DNA from: Camelus ferus
Taxonomy: Eukaryota
Length of the DNA stretch: 64,000 nt
Direction: 5' to 3'
Assembly: GCF_009834535.1 (NCBI RefSeq)
Contig: NC_045696.1
Coordinates: 101,372,001 to 101,436,000 of the forward strand
A model generated the notes under the pieces. That model worked only from the letters and a program-made list of their open reading frames with translations, searched no databases and was not told the origin of the DNA. Numbering within the stretch: position 1 is the stretch's first letter; each line of letters opens with the position of its first letter. A program made the position numbers and the translations under genes. Positions 54,255 through 64,000 of the stretch are shown piece after piece.

Positions 54255-54398
54255 AGTCATATGACCACACCTGCGGGCAAGGAGTAGGCTGGAACATGTA
54301 GCCTTTGTCTGGGAACATTTCTGGTGAAAATTCCACTGTAAGGAAGGGGTATAAATTTTTGGTTCTTGTTTTTGATGGGTGACAAGCCCTCTGCCACA
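54255..54398 (-). mobile_element. Old MaLR LTR fragment (MLT1J/K-like)
   Basis: agtcatatgaccacacctgcgggcaaggagtaggctggaacatgtagc...gccctctgccaca. Confidence 0.65.
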
Positions 54399-55384
54399 GT
54401 GAGACTGGGGAGGGTATGCTGCTGGGTTACAGGTGACTATGTACAACAGCCTTATCCCTTGTCCTCTTTGAGTCTCTGTCCTTGGAATGACCCACTTTGG
54501 GCTCTCTTCTGTCTTGCGGTCAGCCCTGCAGGACAGACTCTTCCCCTGCACAGGGGCCTACAGTTGTCCAGCTGCCCTATCTGTGACTGGGTGAATGAGT
54601 TCAAATCAAATAGGGCAGGTGGAATAAGAAGCCCATTTTGGCCTCAAATTCAAGTTCATTCTTCCACCAGCTTTACCAACAATACACTTAATATTTTTCT
54701 AAGTTTCTATTTGACAGGTAGGTAGATAAACAGACATATATAGTGCATATTGGCTCAAAACTAGTAGCAGAGAAGGGGCAAGAGCCCCACAAAGCCCCAT
54801 AATTATGTTAAGGAACACTCACATTTATCTTAAGTTAATTTTTCCTAAAATGATGGAATGATAGTGGTTCTTTGAGCTGGCTGAAATTTCTTAACAGAAT
54901 TAACTAGCAAAAAAAATTATGAATATTTTAGAAAACAAAACTATTAAATCCTTAAAGTTCTAAATAATCGGAGTTTTTGAAATTTAAATAGGCTTCTGAA
55001 GTTTGTAAACTTAAAGGCTCAAATGGAAAATAAATGTTTAATGGTCAAATATTTGGATTCCTTTGAATTCAATGCCAGCCGTTGTTCCGTCTCCTTGGTG
55101 GATTTCCAAACAGGCCTCACCCGACTCTCCAAACTTCAAGGACTTACCTCTACAGAGTCCATCAGCCCCTACCTATGTGTGGATCACACACTTAACTTAT
55201 TTTGCTGTCATGCTTCAGTATCAAAGTCAGTACTGGGTGGTCTTTCAAAGTGCTTTGGGTGGGAGTTTAAGGAGAAAAAGGCAAAACTCTCTAAGGAAGC
55301 ACTTGTGTGGCCTGGCATCAAAGACAGAGGATGATTGCAAAGAGAACCAAGCAACCAATATTTCCTGGTGATCCATTCAAATGC

Positions 55385-55500
55385 AGCCACAGCGTTTGCA
55401 CAATAAGCCTTAGCCTCAGTGGTGCAGAGAGTCCCCTCGGCTCCTGGGCGGGCTGGCGCACCAACCCTCTTTAATTGGCTGAGGAGGAACCGGCTTGCTC
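55385..55500 (-). promoter_or_regulatory. Candidate promoter/enhancer (CCAAT, GC box, C/EBP-like site)
   Basis: Non-repeat, locally CpG-retaining; attgg 55474-55478, gggcggg 55446-55452, ttgcacaat 55396-55404; strong minus-strand donor GAG|GTAAGT ~300 bp downstream at 55148. Confidence 0.35.
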
Positions 55501-56593
55501 CAACCCAAATATGAATGAGGTATTATGTGTGAATAAGAAAAAACATTTTAAGGCATGTGTGGCCTCTTCTGTCTCCTGGCTGTTGTACAATCAATGTTTC
55601 GTTCATAGACACAGAATCACAAGTAAAATCTTATTAGTGGTTTTTAACTTCTCTGTCAGTATGGAGCCATTTGTAACAGAATCGTTTAGCAGCTATTTTC
55701 TTCTATTTTTCTTTCCTGCATTAACAATGCTTAAAACTAATTGAATAAAAGTCTAAATAAAATCCCATTCTATTTGCCTTCTGACAGGAGAACCTTCAAA
55801 TATATTATAAAAGCAATGTCTGTATATTTAAGATTGGATAGAATATACTAACACCAAATTGTGGGTTAATCAAAAAAATTTAGTTAGAAAGATGTGCTGG
55901 TATTTGGTGTTATTTCAACAGTATGACACTGTGAAAAAAAGATTAAAAAAGGAGGGAGATAGTGTATTACTTATATATTCCAATCTAACTACCATTTTAT
56001 TGTAATTTCTAGATTTCTAATGAAAAATCAGGAAAACTCAAAAATTGTCCTGTTAATTGATTTCTATCAATCTTCATATCCAACAAATTTAGCAGAAAAA
56101 CTAAAACTGAACAAAAACTTAGTGCATTGTGGAGTTCCCCAGATCACCTACTTTTAAAGAGTGGTAAAATTTTATAACCATCACTTTAGGGGGTCTCTTT
56201 TCTGCTTTGTAAATCCCTATGTGATACAATCATGTGAGGAGTCAAGTCACATTTATTTCTTGATCCCTAGAAATGATGATTAAAGTCTTTTGCTGAGAAA
56301 AAATAAATAAATGTACTCTGGACCACACAGTCTTAAGTTTAAAGACCCTCCCTCTATTGTGGTCAGTCCCTTCTGGTCAAGGCTTACAGAGGGACACTGT
56401 TAGAGCCACCACACCCTGTTCTTCTGGTCCCTTAGAGAGCAAAAGCTTGTTAAACTTTGTAGTACCTCTTTCTTTGAAAGTCTTCTCAATGACAGACATG
56501 GGGAGGAAAGGTGACTTCAGACTTGGGATCTCCCACCCCTTCCTACCAAATTAGAGGCTAGACCAGTTGTCCTCCCATCAAAAACTTATAAAA

Positions 56594-57266
56594 CCTCAAA
56601 AAACTAAAAATGGACTTACCATATGATCTAGCAGTCCCACTCCTGGGCATATATCTGGAGGGAACTCTAATTCAAAAAGATACATGCACCTCAGTGTTCA
56701 TAGCAGCACTATTTACAATAGCCAACACATGGAAACAATCTAAATGTCCATCAACAGATGACCTGATAAAGAAGTTGTGGTATGTTTATACAATGGAATA
56801 CTACTCGGCCATAAAAAATAATAAAATAATGCCATTTGCAGCTATATGGATGGACCTGGATATCGTCATTCTAAGAGAAGTAAGCCTGAAAAAGAAAGAA
56901 AAATTCCATATGATATCACTCTTATGTGAAATCTAAAAAAAAAAAAAAAAAAAAAAGACACTATGAACTCATCTACAAAAGAAACAGACTCGCAGACATA
57001 GTAAACAATCTTATGGTTACCAGGCAAAGAGGGTGGGAAGGGATAAATTTTGGAGTTTCAGATTTACAAATGTTAACCACTATATATAAAAATAGATTAA
57101 AAAAACCAACTTTCTTCTGTATAGCACAGGGAACTATATTCAATGTCTTGTAATAACCTTTAGTGAAAAAGAGTGAAAACGAATATATGTACGTATATGC
57201 ATGACTGGGACATTGTGCTGTACACATTGACACATTATAACTGACTATACTTCAATTAAAAAAAAT
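56594..57266 (+). mobile_element. 5'-truncated L1 with ORF2 C-terminal remnant
   Basis: ORF 56610-56936 [41 protein letters not shown], then full 3'UTR. Confidence 0.97.
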
Positions 57267-57375
57267 ATATATATATATTTATATATATATATAAATATAT
57301 TTATATATATATATATATAAATATATTTATATATATATATAAAAATATATTTTTATATATATATATATATATATT
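57264..57375. repeat. Compound palindromic (TA)n tract at the L1 tail
   Basis: Alternating ttt(at)n-aaa and aaatatattt blocks, 100% AT. Confidence 0.95.
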
Positions 57376-58578
57376 AAAGCTCAGAAAAGAGCAACTGTCT
57401 CTGGTTTAAAAGTTCCATAGCATATAAACTAGCAGAGTCCCAGAAATTGCCAGTGTTCGGGGGCAGGCAGAGGGAGATGCTATAGCTGAGAGACGTGCTC
57501 AGGAGCTGGGGAAGGGGAGAGGTCAGCCTGCATCCCAACCACATTGCTTGGTAAGAGCAATTAAATGTCCATCAATCAAGTGAAAATGGTTGAATTTAAA
57601 TCATCTTGCCGGTAACTCGTCCAAGAGGACTGACCACTGGGCCAAAAGACCTCATCAGCAAGTCCCTATAGAGACAGTCAACTCATGAAGAAGGAAGGGA
57701 GCTGGAAAAGGCATGAGTCAGACCCCTGTATCCTCCTCCAGAGGTCATCCAAGGAGGGTCTTCATGGGTCCTTGGAAGGAACTGCAAGGTGCCCCAGTAA
57801 GAGCTGGCATTTGGATGTTGGTTGCACAGAACCAAAGAGCTGTCAGGCACTGTTAGATTGAGAATAGGTAACAAGCAAAGTGGAGGAGGGCAGCCAGCTC
57901 ACCAGGAGTAATTACAGAGGGAGCAGTATCTGTTTTCCCCTCGCTGCTTCCCACACTGCCTCCAGAGGAAAAGGGAAGAAGGTTGGGGTTGTGAGGGAGC
58001 AGAACATGCCCGCCATCTCATCCCAAGTCACTGGAGCCCTCTGATCTAACCCCCTTGGAGTGGCTGAAGGCACTGGGATTGAAGTTAAGCTGGAAATGTT
58101 AAACTGAATACTATTTTTATTGAAAAGGCTAGTCTCCAATATATAAAGAACTCTTAAGAAAAAAAAAGTTGGCAAAATAGACCCTTAAATATATGAAATG
58201 ATAATCACAAAATTTATAATAAAATCTGATTTCTTATGCATCAGACTGACAAAAATATAAAAGCTAAACAATAAACTCATTAGCAGGGTTGTAGGAAAAG
58301 GGGCAAGACCGACACTGCTGGTGGGACTGCAGAATGCTATCCCTTTCTGTAGAAAAACATTGGACACTATTTCAAACATCTCTCTATGCATTCACCCATC
58401 AATTCAGCTACACTTCTAGGAAATGACCCCAAAATAAATATTAAACCACTTATATACCAGGCTTTTCACTCTAGTATTATTTGTAGTAACAAGATATTAG
58501 AAGCAACACAACTGTTTATAGTTAATTATAGTTCATCTGCACAATGAACTACTGCTCAGCCACAAAAAGGAATGAGGA

Positions 58579-59860
58579 GACAGAGACAGGACCAAATGAG
58601 GGAAGAATGACTCCAAGGATAAAGTCAGGGATGCAGAGGCAGAGAGAGTGGAGCTAAGAATGGGGTCTGAACCCGTGGACCCAGCGGACAAAGCATCAAG
58701 GCTTATTCTCAGGCCCTGAAACCCAGTGGAATTTGCCTTGCTGGGCTGTGAACTTGCTTTAGACCAGTATCCCCTTTATTCTTCACATTTTTTTCCTTTT
58801 CAGAATAGAACTGTCTATCCTAAGCCTGTCCCAATATTGCACTTTGGAGGCAGATAACTTGTTTTCTACTTTTGCAAGTCTATAGATGGAGAGAAATTTT
58901 GCCCTAGAACGAATGTCCTAGTCAGTTTAGGTTGCTATAATAGAATAACATACACTGTGTGGCTTAAATAGCAACTGTTTATTTCTCAGAGTTCTGGAGG
59001 CCAAGAAGTCCAGGGTCAAGAAGCCAACATACTTAGCGTATGATGAAGGCCCCCTTCTGGGTTGTAGACCACTAACTTCTCATTTTAACCTCACATGACA
59101 GAAAAGATAAGGGAGCTCTCTGAGGTCCCTGTTATCAGGGCATTAATTTCATCCATGAATTCTCCACCCTTGTGACCTAATCACCTCCCAAAGGCTTCAC
59201 CTCCTAATTGGGAATTAGGATTTCAGCATATGAATTTTGGATGAGCACAAACACTCAGTTCATTGCAATGGACCATATCCAAGGTCTTACCCATACCTGA
59301 TTTAGATGAATTAAAAAACAGAATCTGAAACTTTCTCAAGTTGATTCCATGTAGATAAGATTTTTAGAGTTGATGCTAGAATGGGTTAAGTCTTTTGGGG
59401 ACACAGGATGAGGTGAATGTATTTTGCACATTGCAATGACATGAATTTTGGTGGTTCAGAGTAGACTACTGTGGGTTGAACAACGTCACCCAAAAAGTCA
59501 TGTCCACCTGGAGCTTCAGAACGAGGCCTGATTTGGGAATAAGTTCCTTGCAGATGTAATTAGTTTGCTTGAGACCATTATGGATTAGGGTGGGCCCCAA
59601 AACCAACATGATTGGTTCCCTTCTAAGAAGGCAGAGATGAAGAGATACACCAGGAAGAAAGTCACGCGAGGACAGTGGAAGAGACTGGAGCAATGTGACC
59701 ACCAGACACGGAGTGCCGAAGATTGCTGGCAGCCACCAGAAGCTAAGAGGGAAAGAAGGATCCTCCTCTAGATCCTCCAGAGGGAGCAAGGCCCTGCTGC
59801 TTCCCTGATTTCAGGCTTCTGGCCCCCAGAACTGTGATAAAATACATTTTTGTTGTTTGG
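58579..59860 (+). mobile_element. MaLR internal 3' fragment plus MLT1B/C-like LTR (59469-59858) lacking U5
   Basis: Internal: gcttattctcaggccctgaaacccagtggaatttgccttgctggg...gaggtgaatgtattttgcac; LTR: ctgtgggttgaac...gccaccagaagctaagagg...ggcccccagaactgtgataaaatacatttttgttgttt. Confidence 0.85.
58914..59267 (-). mobile_element. MLT1A0-like solo LTR nested in the MaLR internal fragment
   Basis: tgtcctagtcagtttaggttgctataa...tttatttctcagagttctggaggccaagaagtcc...gacctaatcacctcccaaaggc...cattgca; 5-bp TSD acgaa/atgga. Confidence 0.92.
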
Positions 59861-59987
59861 AAAAAATAGAATGAGGACTATCTCTATGAACAAATATGGT
59901 TATATTTTCAAGTCAAAATAAAGAAAGATGCAAAAGAATATATAGCAGTTCTACCTTTGGTGAAAATAAAGGTGAAAATTATACACG

Positions 59988-60028
59988 AACACATACGCGT
60001 GCACACACACACACACATATATATATAT
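59988..60028 (+). repeat. (CA)n(TA)n compound microsatellite
   Basis: acacatacgcgtgcacacacacacacacatatatatatatg. Confidence 0.9.
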
Positions 60029-61164
60029 GAAAGATATACCATAAACTATAGAAATGATTACATGTGGAGCATTAGTAAAAATGAGATGGAAGGAACAGGC
60101 ATGGGATTGTGGTTTCTCCAGGTATATCTCTGGATTTTTTTTTGATATTTGAACCATGTGAGTGTTTTACATATTCAATAAATAGAATTAAATCAAAACA
60201 ATAAAAAAGATTCTAAAATCGATTATAAGTAGAAATAAGTAAATCTAACTTTTATCAAAGTGATAACCAAATCACAACAAAAAATTCAAGTAATTTTGGT
60301 ACACAGTATCTGACTATACACGTCCAAAAAAAAAAAAAAATTGGCCAATTGAGAGAATTTAAATATAAGCTAGATGTCAAGAAAATATTATAGAATTATT
60401 TTTAATTTTCCATGTGTGAAAAATTTCCTCATTTCCACAACAATTCCAAAAATGTAATTATTACTCATTTTCTTAGGGTGATAATGGTATGTAGTATTCT
60501 TATTTTTAGAGATGCATTTTATGTGTTTCAGGAAAACAATGCCTTAATGCCTACAACTTACTTTTAAATAGTATATATTTATATATAGAGAGAGAAAGAG
60601 ACAGAATTATGTATATTTTTATACAATTAGTATGCATATATAATTAATAAAGATAAATGAAAACTACATGGTAATCACTGTATTCTTTATACTTTATACT
60701 TTTGATGAGTTTTGAATATTTCCGAGCAGAGAGTTGGGAAAAAATGTAGACTCTAATTTTTATAACCTGCGCTGAGACTATTTAACAATAGAAAGCTACT
60801 GAAGAATTCTGGAATCAGGCAGGGACCATAACACTCAAAGCCAGATACTCAGAGAAAAAAAGATTTTATCAACTGGGCACAGTTAGTGGCAGTTACTGGA
60901 AAACTAAATCTAATCCTCCTTTGTACCTCCAAAGAGTGGGGCTGTTCACTGTATTTACTACATGTGGACTACTCATCCTTTCAGGGGCCTCTATGGTATC
61001 AAGTTAAAATTTTATCGAATAATTTCCTCTGTGCTGGGGATTACACTCATCCCCGGGACTAAATGATTCTAGAGAAAGGGAGGAGTCCTAGTTCCTAGCA
61101 GCCGAGTCTAACTTAACTTGTCAGTGGAAGAAGGAACAATGCAGTGCCATTAAGACACTGTAAA

Positions 61165-61570
61165 ACTATCGTCGTAATTCATTTTCTGATGAAGCTAACA
61201 CAGCGGAAATGGACCGCCTCGGAAAGTGAAAACTCAGAAAACGGAAGGGGGTGTGTCTGTCCTGAGCCGGCGGCGCGCCTGCCGCCTTTTTACTTGGCCT
61301 GCTCTGAGTTCTAACCAAGGGCGGGGCTGACACCTGTGGCTGCCTCCCTCCCCACCCCCACCCCCACTCCTGGAACAGCTGGCTTGCAGCAGATCAAGCC
61401 AAGGGAAGACTTTGGAAAGAAAGTAGAAGATAAGGGGGAGGGTGCGGGGAACCAGGATGTTTATACCCTTCTCCCTGGCTGGGCGGATCTCCCACAGCAG
61501 CTGAGCCTCCTCAGTGGATCCAGCCTCCACCAGGTAGGCTTCCGGGGTTCCAGCTCCGACTGCCGGTGCA
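61165..61570. promoter_or_regulatory. Small CpG-rich promoter/enhancer candidate with IRF/ETS element and GC box
   Basis: About 12 CpGs in 61170-61330 against a CpG-depleted background; ggaaagtgaaaact 61221-61234 flanked by cggaa ETS cores at 61204 and 61242; ggcgcgcc 61272-61279; gggcggggc 61319-61327. Confidence 0.6.
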
Positions 61571-61934
61571 GAGCCCCCAGGATCTACTCAGACCACTTCC
61601 CTCTTTCCCTCCAACTCAGGGGCTGCTGAAGCCCTCTACTGCTCCCAGGTTCAGGGCTGTCTCCCCGTTCTCTGCTGGCATCTCAATTCATCTATTTCCT
61701 GTTTTAAGTTATCCATTTAAAACATCTCTATGTTTTAATTATATGGAATTATTTTTTCCTACTGGGACCCTGACTGACTTAGGATTTGAGAAGGAAAAAG
61801 AGGTAAGAAAAGAATGAATTTTGGCACAGTCATACATGAAGACATACACAGTAAGTAGAAAACGGCAAACATCCTAACAGAGCATTAACCAATAGACACC
61901 AGTCTCTTCCACAGAACATATAACCTATTATTTT

Positions 61935-62110
61935 TAACTTTGGAGCCTGATTTTGTTGCCAGATCTAACCACTAATAGCTATGTAACCCTAGGTAAGTTA
62001 TTTAACATCTCTGTGCCTCAGTTTCTTCATCTGCAAAATGGGGGTTATAATAGTATCTACTGCTTACTGAGTTATAACATGAACAAAGTAAGCAGCACTC
62101 AATAAATATC
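61935..62110 (+). mobile_element. MIR element
   Basis: ccactaatagctatgtaaccctaggtaagttatttaacatctctgtgcctcagtttcttcatctgcaaaatgggggttataatagtatctac. Confidence 0.92.
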
Positions 62111-62199
62111 CTTTAAATCATTTATTTATTTATATGTTTACCTTTACATAGCAAACTTGTGAACTGACTACTATGTGCTCTGTTACCTTTTCCATACAA

Positions 62200-62400
62200 T
62201 TTTTTTCATGTCAGGTCACAGCTTTCAAAGTACTTTCATATGTATGGCTTCAACCCAACAATCAAGTTGATGCAGACAGAATAGGCTTTATCATTCCAGT
62301 TTTACCGATGATGAAACTGAATCTACCAGAGATCATCAGCAAGAAAGAAGCAAGATCAAAACCTAAGCCTTCTGATTGCTGGTTCTGAATTTTTCTGTGA
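62200..62400 (-). mobile_element. MIR remnant
   Basis: atcattccagttttaccgatgatgaaactgaatc...caagatcaaaacctaagccttctgattgc. Confidence 0.75.
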
Positions 62401-64000
62401 TGTCACTAATGAGAATCATTCTTGGGATCCTACCCTGCTTACCTTGAACACGTTTTCTAACCTTGTATAGCAAAAATAACATGTATAGTGTAAAAGACAT
62501 TTTAAAGCCAATCATTAGAAATATTCCTGTAGGTAGTCTTGTTGAGACTGATATAGTATTGTTTTTAATAGAAAAGATAACCTACACATATATGCAATAT
62601 CAGGAAAAAAGAAAACAGATTGGACAGAGTGATCAATTACAAAATTAATGAAGTAGATAACAAAAATTAAGAGATGATTACTCTACAATTTGAAATCATG
62701 TCTTTAACAGTGAATTATAAGGATCTATAGGGAAGATTGACAGCTCAAGGCAACATCACACTGAAAGGACCTAGAAGGAAAAGAGAAATGTAGGTGGGAG
62801 ATAATTCATTAGCTCTGTTACCTCAGGTTAATTCAGTGTAATGAGCTATTTTAATTCATCATTGTTTCCAAGGAAACTACGGTTGACTCATCTCATAGTT
62901 TAATATCTTGGAATCACATATGCTATTTTATACCTGACATGAACATAATGGTTCTCACTCTACAATTCATCTATGGGCTTAACTCCCACATAGTATACAC
63001 CTTGATAGCAGTATCCATTTTCAGTAAAACTCTGAATTTAACCTGCATAATTACCTAATATTTTTGGTCTTTTAGTATTATTTTCAGTGATCCAATGTCA
63101 AAAATAAAAACATATTCATCAACCAGGTGGCAAGATTATACTTATTTGCCTTTTCTTCCCATACTGACATAAAATATATCACTAAGAAAAACTAAAATGT
63201 AGTTTGAATCATGCGTTATCAGCCCATGCCAGACAGCACGTGTGTAAGAGCAAAGGCAAAGTTTGGAGATTTTCAAACTGGACCACATGAAAACAATATC
63301 ATTTCTTTATTATATTTGCCCCAAATGCACCCAAATTATTAAGTAAAAGCTTTTTGAACGTTTAAGACATGAGATATCTGAAATCTTGTAAAAGCTGATA
63401 TTCATGATGTGAAATAATTCATTTAGCTATTGAAGGTATTTAATGCCTGGCCAGACACTCCTTTACTATGACCATGGACACAATGGTCTCTGGCTTCAAG
63501 AGATAACCTTCATGGAATCGGAAAGAGGGCTGGAGGGCTTTGCAATGGTAAGGCCCAGGTGATAGAGTCAGGGCACAAAAGGGCACAAACATCATCAGCT
63601 ATGCCCAAGGAGGGCAACCCAGGCAAAATGTCACTGCTTACAGAATTGTGCTTGAAGAAGACATATTTCCATTTGGTACCGATGCATGTCACACCTCTCC
63701 CCAGCTCTCTCCACTGAATTAATCTGGCTCCCTATTGCCCATGAGATAGGATCCAAAGTTTGTGGTATGGTTCCACCACACATAACACACTGAACTACTG
63801 GCAGTTCCTCAAATATACCATAATTTTGCATAACAACATGACTTTAAATATGCTGCTCCCAGCAACTAGAAACACCTTTCCTCTATGATGACTTCTTCCA
63901 TATGTCTCACTATGCAACATAAGCATTGCCTTCTCTATGAAACTTTCACCTGATTACAGCAAGTGTTTACTTCCTCTATGCGTCTGTGCATATTCCTGAA

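Larger units (their letters stand above)
58120..60745 (+). mobile_element. Ancient L1 (L1MC/L1ME-like) 3' region, interrupted at 58579-59860
   Basis: acactgctggtgggactgcagaatg...cacaatgaactactgctcagccacaaaaaggaatgagga resumes as gaatgaggactatctctatgaac at 59869. Confidence 0.8.

Noticed and set aside
63119..63134. CTCF-like caaccaggtggcaa
   Set aside because: A partial motif match alone is not enough without conservation or ChIP data.

Overview
Mammalian non-coding genomic DNA, most likely camelid (alpaca/llama/camel). The basis is a tRNA-derived Vic-1-type SINE with a clear target-site duplication (TSD), artiodactyl-type L1 3' ends, and no Alu, B1, Bov-tA/BovB, PRE-1 or SINEC that I could see. 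I found no recognisable host protein-coding gene, RNA gene or CRISPR array. The only ORFs with recognisable homology are broken C-terminal fragments of LINE-1 ORF2. The window is a layered repeat landscape: ten 5'-truncated younger L1 copies, ancient L1M/L2/MIR, several MaLR/ERVL LTRs and a few DNA-transposon MITEs. The most notable observations are mechanistic footprints: a MaLR transcript apparently retroposed in trans by L1 (58564-59877), an L1 3' transduction, two twin-primed inverted L1s, a possibly templated insertion inside the SINE and a fold-back micro-inversion. There is also a CpG-rich promoter/enhancer candidate carrying an IRF/ETS element (about 61.2 kb) and a speculative chain of minus-strand exon-like segments. 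I do not see support for a new biological system. Repeat subfamily names come from recalled consensus sequences, boundaries of old repeats are approximate, and both need RepeatMasker/Dfam confirmation.
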